Source of the DNA: a bacterium
Lineage (GTDB): Bacteria > UBA8248
DNA length: 64,000 nucleotides
Direction of reading: 5' to 3'
Assembly: GCA_965261085.1 (NCBI GenBank)
Contig: OZ253442.1
Location: 3,200,001 to 3,264,000, forward strand
The translations under genes and the position numbers were made by a program. The notes beneath the pieces were generated by a model. It had not been told where the DNA came from. It saw nothing but the letters and a program-made list of their open reading frames with translations, and searched no databases. How positions within the stretch are numbered: the stretch's first letter is position 1; each line of letters begins with the position of its first letter. Of this stretch, positions 50,664 to 59,297 are shown one piece after another.

Positions 50664-50799
50664 TGCGGAAAGAGAAGAAGCGTTTCTTCGGAAAAGGCGG
50701 GGGAAGGAGGGTGGGGGCGTCGTATCCGAAATCCACATTGTCGCCGCTCGCAGCGCGTCGCGGGGCGCCTGAAGACGCTCGATTAGGAACCCTCCCCAA

Positions 50800-51603
50800 A
50801 TGACGGAAAAAGTTCGGCTCGAAAAAGTTACCAAAATCTTCGAAGACCCCAGAAAAGGACGGGAGACGGTGGCCCTGAAGGATGTCTCCTTCGGCATCGA
50901 AGACCGGGAGATCGTCGCCCTCCTGGGCCCGAGCGGGTGCGGCAAAACCACCATCTTGAACATCATCGCGGGGTTCATCCTGCCCTCCGAGGGGGAGGCG
51001 CTGCTCGAAGGGCGCCTCATCACAAAACCCGGCCCGGAGCGCGGCGTCGTTTTCCAGGAACACTTCCTGTTTCACTGGCTTACCGTGGAAGACAACATCG
51101 CCTTCGCGCTGAAGATCCGGGGAGTGCCCAGGAAGGAATTCCTGCCCCGCGCGCACGAATTCGTCAAGCTCGTGGGGCTCACGGGATTTGAGCGCCACCA
51201 CCCGGACGAGCTCTCGGGAGGGATGCGCCAGCGCGTCTCCATCGCCCGTGTTCTCATCAACAATCCAGAGATCCTCCTCATGGACGAGCCTTTCGCGGCT
51301 CTCGACGCCCAGACCCGTCTCCTCATGCAGGAGTGGTTGCTCAAGCTCTGGGAAGAGCACCAGATGAGCATGCTCTTCATCACCCACGATGTGGACGAAG
51401 CGATTTTGATGGCGGACCGAATCTTCGTGATGGGGGTGCAGCCGGGGAGAATCATCCAGGAGCTCAAAGTGCCTCTGCCGCGGCCGCGGGCGCGGACGAT
51501 GCTGACATCCCAGGCCTTCATGGAGACCAAGGCGGGGTGCCTGGACCTGATCGCAAAGGAGAGCATCAAGGTATTCGAGGGGGTATTCGAGTACGGGGGA
51601 TAG
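50800..51603 (+). CDS. sulfonate/nitrate-type ABC ATP-binding protein
   Basis: GPSGCGKTT, LSGGMRQR, MDEPFAALDAQTR. Confidence 0.94.
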   Translation: MTEKVRLEKVTKIFEDPRKGRETVALKDVSFGIEDREIVALLGPSGCGKTTILNIIAGFILPSEGEALLEGRLITKPGPERGVVFQEHFLFHWLTVEDNIAFALKIRGVPRKEFLPRAHEFVKLVGLTGFERHHPDELSGGMRQRVSIARVLINNPEILLMDEPFAALDAQTRLLMQEWLLKLWEEHQMSMLFITHDVDEAILMADRIFVMGVQPGRIIQELKVPLPRPRARTMLTSQAFMETKAGCLDLIAKESIKVFEGVFEYGG

Positions 51604-51855
51604 CCCGACTCTTCTGAATCCATACTCCCCCCGGAGACAGGGAGACGCCCGATTTTTCCGCCGATCTGGATAAGGGCGTCGACGGCATGCGCTTCATGAC
51701 CTGTTTCGACCTTTTCGACGTCGATATCGACAAGTCGCTCGCGTTATCTCGTTCTGTTTTTTCTTCGGCGCGAATGGCGTGTTTACCCGGCTTCGCGCGC
51801 GGGATTGCCCCGGCAAGCGGGCGCACCGCCACGAGACCCCTCTTACGGGTAAGGC

Positions 51856-54800
51856 TCACCAGCGCTTCGTGCCGCGCAGGGTGATTCCGCTTTCGGGTTC
51901 CCCGTCCCCGTCGGGTTCGGTGAGGCTCGCCTCGAGGCTTACTTCGAGCGAGGAGCCGAGCCTGAAGCGCGCGCCCGCGCGCCAGGTATCCCCGCCTTCT
52001 GAGAGCGCCACGCCCGTATAGGGCGTCAGCAGGCCGCGCATGGCGCCCAGCCCGTAGCCCACCTCGGCGTCCAACCGCGCGTCGGGGTCGAAGCTCCCCC
52101 CCGTGAGCGCGCGCTGCGACCAGAGGCGCTCCACCCCGCCCGAGGCCGCGCCCCAGGCGGAACCCACCCGCATCGTGAGTCCCCGGCCTCCTTCGCCGGG
52201 AGAGAGTACGAGCGAGGCGCTCACCCCCCATTCCTCATAATCGCGCTCCTCGTGGGCCAGGAGCCCCCGGGCGCGCACTTCCACCGCGAAGCCCTTCAAA
52301 CCCGCCCAGCGCAGGCCGCCCCCGAGTTCCACGCCGCTTCCCGTCTCCGCGTCGCCTCCGTCATGGCGAAGGCCCACCTCGAGGGAGGGTGTCAGCACGC
52401 CGCTTTCGAGCTTCACCTCGCGCGAGCCCTCAAGCGTCAGGCGCAGGCGCCTCGTGCGCGCATCCGCCGCGGCGAGTCCAGCCGCCGCTTCCGATTCGGT
52501 CCGCACGAAGAGGACGTCGGTCTTCACCGCGAGGTCGTAGCCCCCAACGGAGGCGAGCTTGCCCCGGGCCCCGAACGCCGACATCGCGAGCGAGACGTCC
52601 GTCTCGATACGCTCGTTCGCCTCGTCCGCTTCTCTCGCCGCTATATCGAGCGTCAACCCGCCCTCGCCCAGGCCCAGGACGCCCCAGACCGAGAGGCGCT
52701 CGCTCACCGTGTAGCGCAGGTAGGGGTAGGCGCTCGCGAGCGTCGATTCCACCTCGCCCCCCCGCGCGTCGGCGCCCGTGTAGGAACCCTCCCCGGTGCT
52801 GTAGGCGAGCGCCACGCCCGCGAGGACCCTGCCCCGCTCGTAATCAGCGCCCATCACGCCCGTCGATACGTCTCCTTTGAGCGTGAGCGCGTCCTCCCTG
52901 CCGCTGAAACTCGAGCGCGACCCCCGGGCCCACAGCGACCAGCGCCCATCCCCGCCGTCCGCGGAGGCCAGGTGGAGTGAACTCGCCATCAGCAGCCCGG
53001 CCGTCGATATCTCTTGCGCGGGCGATTCGTCCGCCTCCGCCCGGAGGATATACTTCCTCTCCCTCAAGTCCTGCCCGAGGACGCCGGCCTCCCCGAGCAA
53101 GGCGTCCTCCGCCCGGGGCCAGGAAGCGCCCAGGACCACCTGGTGGCCGCCGATCGTCAACTGCGCCGGACCCGGAGAACTCCCCTCGAAGCGCGCGCCC
53201 ACGGCATCGAGCACCTGTTCCGCGACCGTGCGCCCGAAGCGTGACAACCATGCCCGTTGCAACGGGTCGGAGTTCACGATGGTGCCGATGGCTTTCCTGT
53301 CAGTTATCCGCGCACCCGAGGCGTTGGTGAGCTTCAACTTCATCGTCTCGCTTCCCTCATCGTGCGCATCGTCCAGGACCGGGACCGCCACCGTCCTGGT
53401 GGTCTCCCCGGCGGCAAACGTCAACGTCCCGCTGGTGGCGGTATAGTCTTGCCCGGCAATCGCCGTCCCGTTCCGGGTGAAATAGTCCACCGTCACCGTA
53501 CTCGTCGCGGAGCGGCTCAAGCTCACCACAAAGTCCAGTTGCGCACCTGCGCCTTCCGTCACGGTGGCGTCGGCCACCGAGATCCCCACCGGACCGTGGA
53601 TCGTTGCCGCCAGGGCATTCGAGAGTGGTCGATCATCGTTGGTGCAGATCGCCCCGGAGGCGGTGCAGTTCTTCGTGGCGGGCAATATCACCGTCACCGC
53701 ACCGTTCCCCGAGGGCTGCACCGTCATCGCCCACGTCTGATTACCGCCTTTGGTGGCCCGCTTCGCTTTCGTCACGCCGCCCCCCGTCACGTCGAAGGCG
53801 TCGTCACGGAGCGTCCGATAACTCAAGCCCCTCACGTCTTCACTAAACGTGAGCGTGAACGTAAATGGATGGGAGCCGTCATGCTCAGCCGGCAAATTCG
53901 ACAATGCCGCCGTGAGCGGCGTCGCCGCATGCCGGCTCTGCGCCACCGGACCCGGCACGCTGCGGGCCAGCCCCGTCGACAGCGCCCGCCCGTCCGCCGT
54001 ACAGAGCGCGCCCGCCTCCGTGCAGGCGCGGCCCAGCGGCGTGAGTATCGACACCGGACCGCTCCCGGCCGGCTCCACCGTCAGTTCCCACAGGTCCTTG
54101 CGGCCGTCCACCCGCGCGGCGGCCGTCACCGTCCCGCCGCTCACCGTCAGCGCGTGGTCGCGCATGTCCTGCGGCGTTATCTCCACCTCCGCGCTGAACG
54201 CGATACGGAAGGTGAACGCGCTCGACCCGTCGTGGTTCGACGGCACGTCCTCGAACGCCGCCGTCAGCGGGGTCTTTTCTGTCTCCTGCGCGCCCGTGTT
54301 GGAACAGCTCAAATGCACGTCCTCATCGTGGGTGCAGTTGTTGAGCCCCCAGCCCGCGTGGTAGCAGTGGTGCAGCTTGGTCGCGGGCTTCCCGGTCCAG
54401 TGGTTGGACCCGTCGGCGCACCGCACGTCGTCGAGCCAGATCTTCTGCGACGACGGCGCCACGGGTATGCTTGCTATTCTTGAGTCGCCTCGCTTCACCC
54501 ACTCGCCGGTCGCGTAGCCCATGAACTGGCAGGCTTTCTCCGGCGCGATGTTGCCCGGGTTGTCCAGGCGGTCGTCGCACACCGTGCCCCACTGCCCCTT
54601 GTGGAACACCTCCAGGCGGCCCACGTCCTCGGTGGGGCCGTCAGTCAGGCGCAACTCGCCGTTCACCCCGCTCGCCGGATACTCGTTGCTCGTCAGCGGT
54701 CCCTCCCTGAAGCCCGCGTCATCGGTGAAGCTCACCTTCACCTTGAACGTCTTGCCCGCGTCCGCCTGGACCAGCGTGTAGGTCTTCGACATCGCGCCCG

Positions 54801-56928
54801 CGATGTTCGTCTCGTTCGACCCGTCCACGCGGACCCACTGGTAGGTGAAGCTGGACGGCAACCCGTCAGCGTCCATGATGCCCGAGGTGCCGGCCCTCAG
54901 GGTCTGGCCCACCTGCGCCGCGCCGGAAATCTTCGGCTTGCCCGTCGCCGGGGTGTTGGTGGTGGTGGTGGTGGATTCTGTCAGCTTCAGTTCGACCTCG
55001 TCGCCGCTCGACCAGCTCAGGCCGGAGTTGTTCCAGTACCGGGCCAGCGTGAGCTTCTGATCCGCCTCCTCGAAGGCGAAGGTGTCGGAACCGACGTGAA
55101 GCACCAGGGACCGGCTGCCGGTGGCGATGTTGGGCAAAACCCACAGCTGGAGCTCGCCGCCGGAGCGCACCTGCACCGACGTCACGGCGTAGTCGGTCAT
55201 GGCGTGGGTGAACTCGTCCTCCGTGAGGTGGGCGGCATTCGAGCAATGATTGCCCGTGGAACCGTTCGCGCAGCCACGGTGCCCGTCGTCGAGGTCTTGC
55301 ACCGTCAGGGTCGCGCACCAGACGGCGTCGGCGGGGCACGACGTCTGCGCTCCCGTCGATCCGGTTCCGCTCGGCGACCACGCGCCGTCACCCTCGGGGT
55401 TTCTCGCGAGCACCTGCACCCGGTATTCCGTGCCCGCATCCAGGCTCCCGATGCTCGCGGTCGCCCCGGTCTGGTTCCGGGGACCGTTGGTCCAGCCCGA
55501 CTCCGTGGTCTTCTGGTAGCGCAGGTCGTAGTTCGTTATCCCCGGGCGGCCCGTGTTCGACGGCAGCGTCCAAGTCACATCCAGGCTGGTGGTCGATCCC
55601 GCGGTCGCCGACACCGAGGGCCTGTTCGGCGCCAGCGGCGCCTCGTCCTGGTCCGTGACGTTCAGCGTCACGGTGATCGTGTCGGAACCGCCGTTGCCGT
55701 CCTCGACCTTGACCATCACCAAGTAGCTCGTATTCGCCTCGTAAGAGTATTTTTCCCCGGCCTTGGTCTGAATCTGGCCGTTCGTCCCAATGATCCCGAA
55801 TCTGGCCGCGTCCGTGCCTTCCAGGCTGTAGAGCAGCGTGTCGCCGACATCCGTGTCCGTCGCGGCGATCCGCGCACCGATATTCGCCGCCGTCGAGACC
55901 GCCTCGTCGCCTATCGTCTCGTTGAAGGCCCGCGTCGCGTCGGCGCCCTCCGTGAAGGTCGGATTGGCGTTGGTGGTGGTGGTGGCCGTGCGCGTCACCA
56001 CGACCGTGTAGGTCTTCGTGGTGGTCGTGTCCTCGGCGGTTACCGTCACCGTGATCGTGTTGTCGCCCTCCGAGAGGTTCACCGTGGCCGTGTTCGGCGT
56101 GCTCGTGTCCGTGTCGCCCGTGATCTCCACCGTCGCATTGCTGTCGTTCTTCGTCGCCGTCACCGTGGTCTGCGTGACGGAGTTCGCCACCGTTGCGTTG
56201 TAACCCTCCGTGGCCGGCGCGAATACCGGGCTGAGCGTGACGCCGCTCAGCGCCAGCGCGTTCAGCGTCGCGTCGGTGGAGGTGGTGGTGGTGCCGTCGC
56301 CTACGGTGATGATCATGCCGTCTTCTCTCGGCATGCCGTCGCTTTTTATGGCGCCGAACTCAATGGTACTGCCAAGGGGCGCATCGGCGCCCACGTTGAA
56401 CGTGGCGGTAAGCGTGTGCGGCGACGTGCCGGAGAGAACTTCATAGCGGGTGTCGTGTCCCTTCACGTTGTCCCAGATACCGTCTGGCGGAGGCCCTCCT
56501 CCGCTGAAGGAGATGCAGAATTGTTTCGGCGAGGTGCAATCGTTCGGATCGGTTCCCAGCTTGTCCTGATTGTCCGAGGTGTCGGGCAGGTGGAATCCAG
56601 CGTATTCGTTTTGTGGTTTGGTCCCCGACGCCAGCGTGATCGTGAAGGTATATGTGCTCCCTGCTTCCACTGACGGGTATCCTGTCAGCGTCCAGGTCGC
56701 GCCCGCCGCTGTTTGCGTGATCGACGTCTGCGCCTGGGCCTGAAGGGGCAGGGCCAGGAGCGCGGCGAAGGCCACGAGAAGCACTACCGCAAGGCAGCGC
56801 GCCGCGAGTAAGCGCACGCGCAAACGTCCAGGCCGACCCGGTTCGGCTATCATCAGAGCGTCATCGTTTAGAGCGGCATCGTTTCTTCCGGCTTCAACAC
56901 CCGTATCGAATTTTCCGCGTTTTTGCAT
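51856..56928 (-). CDS. giant modular autotransporter-like adhesin (cadherin-like sandwich, cadherin, FN3, SRCR, Calx-beta, C-terminal beta-barrel)
   Basis: Probable ATG at 56928 after GGAGG; signal ...LLALPLQAQA. STDATLNAL...TKTYTVVVTR (cadherin-like), TDTDVGDTL.YSL (cadherin), LDVTW...EYRVQV.A.N..G..WS (FN3), LRL..G..GRLEV..WGTVCDD..IWLDDVRC..C.H.EDV.LSC (SRCR), GTAIAGQDY..GTLTFAAGET (Calx-beta). Barrel-like C-terminus ends in W. Confidence 0.9.
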   Translation of the reverse strand: MQKRGKFDTGVEAGRNDAALNDDALMIAEPGRPGRLRVRLLAARCLAVVLLVAFAALLALPLQAQAQTSITQTAAGATWTLTGYPSVEAGSTYTFTITLASGTKPQNEYAGFHLPDTSDNQDKLGTDPNDCTSPKQFCISFSGGGPPPDGIWDNVKGHDTRYEVLSGTSPHTLTATFNVGADAPLGSTIEFGAIKSDGMPREDGMIITVGDGTTTTSTDATLNALALSGVTLSPVFAPATEGYNATVANSVTQTTVTATKNDSNATVEITGDTDTSTPNTATVNLSEGDNTITVTVTAEDTTTTKTYTVVVTRTATTTTNANPTFTEGADATRAFNETIGDEAVSTAANIGARIAATDTDVGDTLLYSLEGTDAARFGIIGTNGQIQTKAGEKYSYEANTSYLVMVKVEDGNGGSDTITVTLNVTDQDEAPLAPNRPSVSATAGSTTSLDVTWTLPSNTGRPGITNYDLRYQKTTESGWTNGPRNQTGATASIGSLDAGTEYRVQVLARNPEGDGAWSPSGTGSTGAQTSCPADAVWCATLTVQDLDDGHRGCANGSTGNHCSNAAHLTEDEFTHAMTDYAVTSVQVRSGGELQLWVLPNIATGSRSLVLHVGSDTFAFEEADQKLTLARYWNNSGLSWSSGDEVELKLTESTTTTTNTPATGKPKISGAAQVGQTLRAGTSGIMDADGLPSSFTYQWVRVDGSNETNIAGAMSKTYTLVQADAGKTFKVKVSFTDDAGFREGPLTSNEYPASGVNGELRLTDGPTEDVGRLEVFHKGQWGTVCDDRLDNPGNIAPEKACQFMGYATGEWVKRGDSRIASIPVAPSSQKIWLDDVRCADGSNHWTGKPATKLHHCYHAGWGLNNCTHDEDVHLSCSNTGAQETEKTPLTAAFEDVPSNHDGSSAFTFRIAFSAEVEITPQDMRDHALTVSGGTVTAAARVDGRKDLWELTVEPAGSGPVSILTPLGRACTEAGALCTADGRALSTGLARSVPGPVAQSRHAATPLTAALSNLPAEHDGSHPFTFTLTFSEDVRGLSYRTLRDDAFDVTGGGVTKAKRATKGGNQTWAMTVQPSGNGAVTVILPATKNCTASGAICTNDDRPLSNALAATIHGPVGISVADATVTEGAGAQLDFVVSLSRSATSTVTVDYFTRNGTAIAGQDYTATSGTLTFAAGETTRTVAVPVLDDAHDEGSETMKLKLTNASGARITDRKAIGTIVNSDPLQRAWLSRFGRTVAEQVLDAVGARFEGSSPGPAQLTIGGHQVVLGASWPRAEDALLGEAGVLGQDLRERKYILRAEADESPAQEISTAGLLMASSLHLASADGGDGRWSLWARGSRSSFSGREDALTLKGDVSTGVMGADYERGRVLAGVALAYSTGEGSYTGADARGGEVESTLASAYPYLRYTVSERLSVWGVLGLGEGGLTLDIAAREADEANERIETDVSLAMSAFGARGKLASVGGYDLAVKTDVLFVRTESEAAAGLAAADARTRRLRLTLEGSREVKLESGVLTPSLEVGLRHDGGDAETGSGVELGGGLRWAGLKGFAVEVRARGLLAHEERDYEEWGVSASLVLSPGEGGRGLTMRVGSAWGAASGGVERLWSQRALTGGSFDPDARLDAEVGYGLGAMRGLLTPYTGVALSEGGDTWRAGARFRLGSSLEVSLEASLTEPDGDGEPESGITLRGTKRW
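54863..54966. repeat. 104-bp module shared with 57502-57605
   Basis: Ungapped hand alignment gives 92/104 identities; encodes TTTNT.A.GKP.ISGAAQVG.TL.A.T.GI.DADG. Confidence 0.9.
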
Positions 56929-57410
56929 TCTGAACGACCCTCCGTGCCTGTAAAAAAGAACCTGCCTTTTCCGGTGAACGTATTTGCGCACCCGGCGGCG
57001 GGGCGCCGGGTCGCCGTCTGTCCGTTTCCCTGGGCCGTGGCCTCCTGCGGCCGCCTCGAACCACGCGCGCCGCCGATAGTTGCGATTTAGTAACTGATAA
57101 TTGTTCCAACCGGGGCAATGGGCGCCCCGGCTCAACTCGTTTCTCCTCGCCGGGGGATCCGGAAAATCCCCCAAACACTCACACTCACCGAAAACTCCCC
57201 GTGAACCGCCCAAGGGTTGCTCTACGGAGCGCTGTAAATTATAAGACCCATTTATAGCATAAATTGTGTGAACTTATAGTGAGCATTTGCGCCATTTTAG
57301 TGTTTTTATCGTGTTATTTTGGATAAATTCCGCTGTGGGGCGGCAACTGCGCCGTGTACAAGGGGTTCCAAAACGGTTCGCCGAGGGTGGGACGCAGGGA
57401 CGCCGTCCGC
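56725..57410. repeat. ~685-bp direct repeat copy 1 (promoter, long leader, signal peptide)
   Basis: Near-identical to 58175-58855; similarity ends right after the QAQAQT signal-peptide end. Confidence 0.95.
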
Positions 57411-57491
57411 CTCACTCTCCCGGAATATGACCGCGTCGGCGGCGAACAGGGCTACGCCGGAACCGGAAAGACCGCGATGCTGAACCGCGCC
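57387..57491 (+). pseudogene. TrwC/TraI-type conjugative relaxase-helicase remnant
   Basis: GRRDAVRLTL..YDRVGGEQGYAGTGKTAMLNRA, the Walker A region typical of MOBF relaxase-helicases. Confidence 0.65.
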
Positions 57492-58375
57492 CTTCGTCTT
57501 GCCGTCAGCGTCCGTGATGCCGGTGGTGGCCGCCGTCAGGGTCCGGCCCACCTGCGCCGCGCCGGAGATCGCCGGCTTGCCCGCCGCCTGGGTGTTGGTG
57601 GTGGTCCCGTCAGCAACAACCGTGAATATCCCGGACAAGCCGTAGTATGGCTTAAGATTACCTGAGGGGGCGCCGTTTTGACTGAGTTCAAAACCCGGGT
57701 TTGCTGGAAATCCCTGGTAGACCTGGCCCGTTGCGCCGAGATGAAAAATCCCGGAAATCTCCCCGCTTGGATTACAGCCTTGAAACGTCGAAACGTCCGG
57801 CTAGCATTACCAATGGGCGTGGTCCCGTCCGGGAATTTGGGCGCATTGGAATCCCAGCCCCCGTCGTACAGATCCGCATAGTTGGCCACCTTGTTCCCGT
57901 TGAGCCAGTAGATCGGGGCACTCGTGTCGCTGCCGGCCGTGCTGGTGTTCACGATGGCGCTGGTGCTCGTAGTACACCCGAGGACCTTGAAAATCGAGGA
58001 GTGGCTTTGAATGTCCGTATGGCCGTTGGCCGATACGTCGGTCTGGAGAAACGTGTTGTAGGTCGCGATGTCCGTGGCTGTTGCGTTCCTTGTTCCGGAC
58101 GTGACGACCAGCAGGCGAAACGAGTCACCTACCCCCAGGCCGCTTGGCACCAGGCTCCAGTTCGCCGTCACCGTCGTCTGCGCCTGGGCCTGAGGGGGCA
58201 GGGCCAGGAGCGCGGCGAAGGCCACGAGGAGCACGGCAGCGGCGCGCGCCGCGAGTAAGCGCACGCGCAAACGCCCCGGCCGACCCGGTTCGGCTATCAT
58301 CAGAGCGGCATCCTTTAGAGCGTCATCGTTTCTTCCGGCTTCAACACCCGTCTCGAATTTTCCGCGTTTTTGCAT
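57492..58375 (-). pseudogene. truncated, frameshifted paralog of the adhesin (alternative passenger, no barrel)
   Basis: Same leader and signal peptide, then a different domain (NWSLVPSGLGVGDSFRLLVVTS...IYWLNG.KVA..ADLYDG.W). Frameshift at 57782-57797, then YYGLSGIFTVV-DGTTTNTQAAGKPAISG; ends at the relaxase remnant. Confidence 0.85.
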
Positions 58376-58855
58376 TCTGAACGACCCTCCGCGCCTGTAA
58401 AAAAGAACCTGCCTTTTCCGGTAAACGTATTTGCGCACCCGGCGGTGGGTCGCCGGGTCGCCGTCTGTCCGTTTCCCTGGGCCGATGCCTCCTGCGGCCG
58501 CCTCGAACCACGCGCGCCGCCGATAATTGCGACTTAGCAACTGATAATTGTTCCAACCGGGGCAATGAGCGCCCCGGCTCAACTCGTTTCTCCTCGCCGG
58601 GGGATCCGGAAAATCCCCCAAACACTCACACTTACCGAAAACTCCCCGTGAACCGCCCCGTAGTTGCTCTACGGGCGCTGTAAATTATCAGACGCATTAA
58701 AGCATAAAATATGTGAACTTATCGTGAGTATTTCCGCTAATTGCGTGTTATTATCGTGTTATTTTGGACGAATTCCGCCGTGGGGCCGCAACTGCGCCGT
58801 GTACAAGGCGTTCCGAAACGATCCGACGACGGTGGGACGCAGGGACGCCGTCCGC
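58175..58855. repeat. ~680-bp direct repeat copy 2
   Basis: Direct repeat of 56725-57410. Confidence 0.95.
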
Positions 58856-58869
58856 AGCGGACGCCGCCC

Positions 58870-59132
58870 CGGTCGAGGAAGGCGACGTGTTGGTGGCGAT
58901 CGAGGCGATGAAGATGGAAACCGTGGTCCGCGCCGAGCGGAGCGGACGGCGACAAACCGGGGGATGAGGAATGCGCCTCGCGAGCTTAAGCCAAAGGGGT
59001 TCCGAACGCATCGGCGCCCGGCCTTCCTTGAATCTTCTCCAGAGTCATCCGAATCGACCCCCGGCCGGAGCGATTTTTTGAGACCACCCCTATCGAGGCG
59101 AAGGCGCATTTCCCCGCATTTGCGGTGACGGG
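58870..59132 (+). repeat. deleted second copy of the pyc 3' end and its downstream region
   Basis: 58870-58945 matches 19596-19671 (includes EAMKMET), 58946-59020 matches 19764-19838, 59092-59132 matches 19869-19909. Confidence 0.92.
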
Positions 59133-59297
59133 ACGCGGGAGAGCGCGTGTATGATGGCGAAGCGCATCGCCGCGTTCGAGAATAAGGAATTTCTGAAAAA
59201 TACGATAAATTCACGGGGTTTTTCGATAAAAAAATAAAGGTTTAACTTATTGATATATATTGAGTTAAGAGCGAAATCGCCTCAGATCGGGGCGGAA

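Noticed and set aside
53257-56673. 408-aa and 690-aa plus-strand ORFs
   Set aside because: Antisense shadows of the adhesin gene.
56929-57213. 95-aa N-terminal extension of the adhesin given by the ORF track
   Set aside because: TTG start with no clear RBS; the ATG at 56928 has a GGAGG RBS and precedes the signal peptide. Treated as leader, though not fully excluded.
54863-58855. Diversity-generating retroelement or invertase shufflon as the explanation for the adhesin repeats
   Set aside because: No reverse transcriptase or site-specific recombinase in the window; the repeats are direct and mismatches are not confined to adenines.
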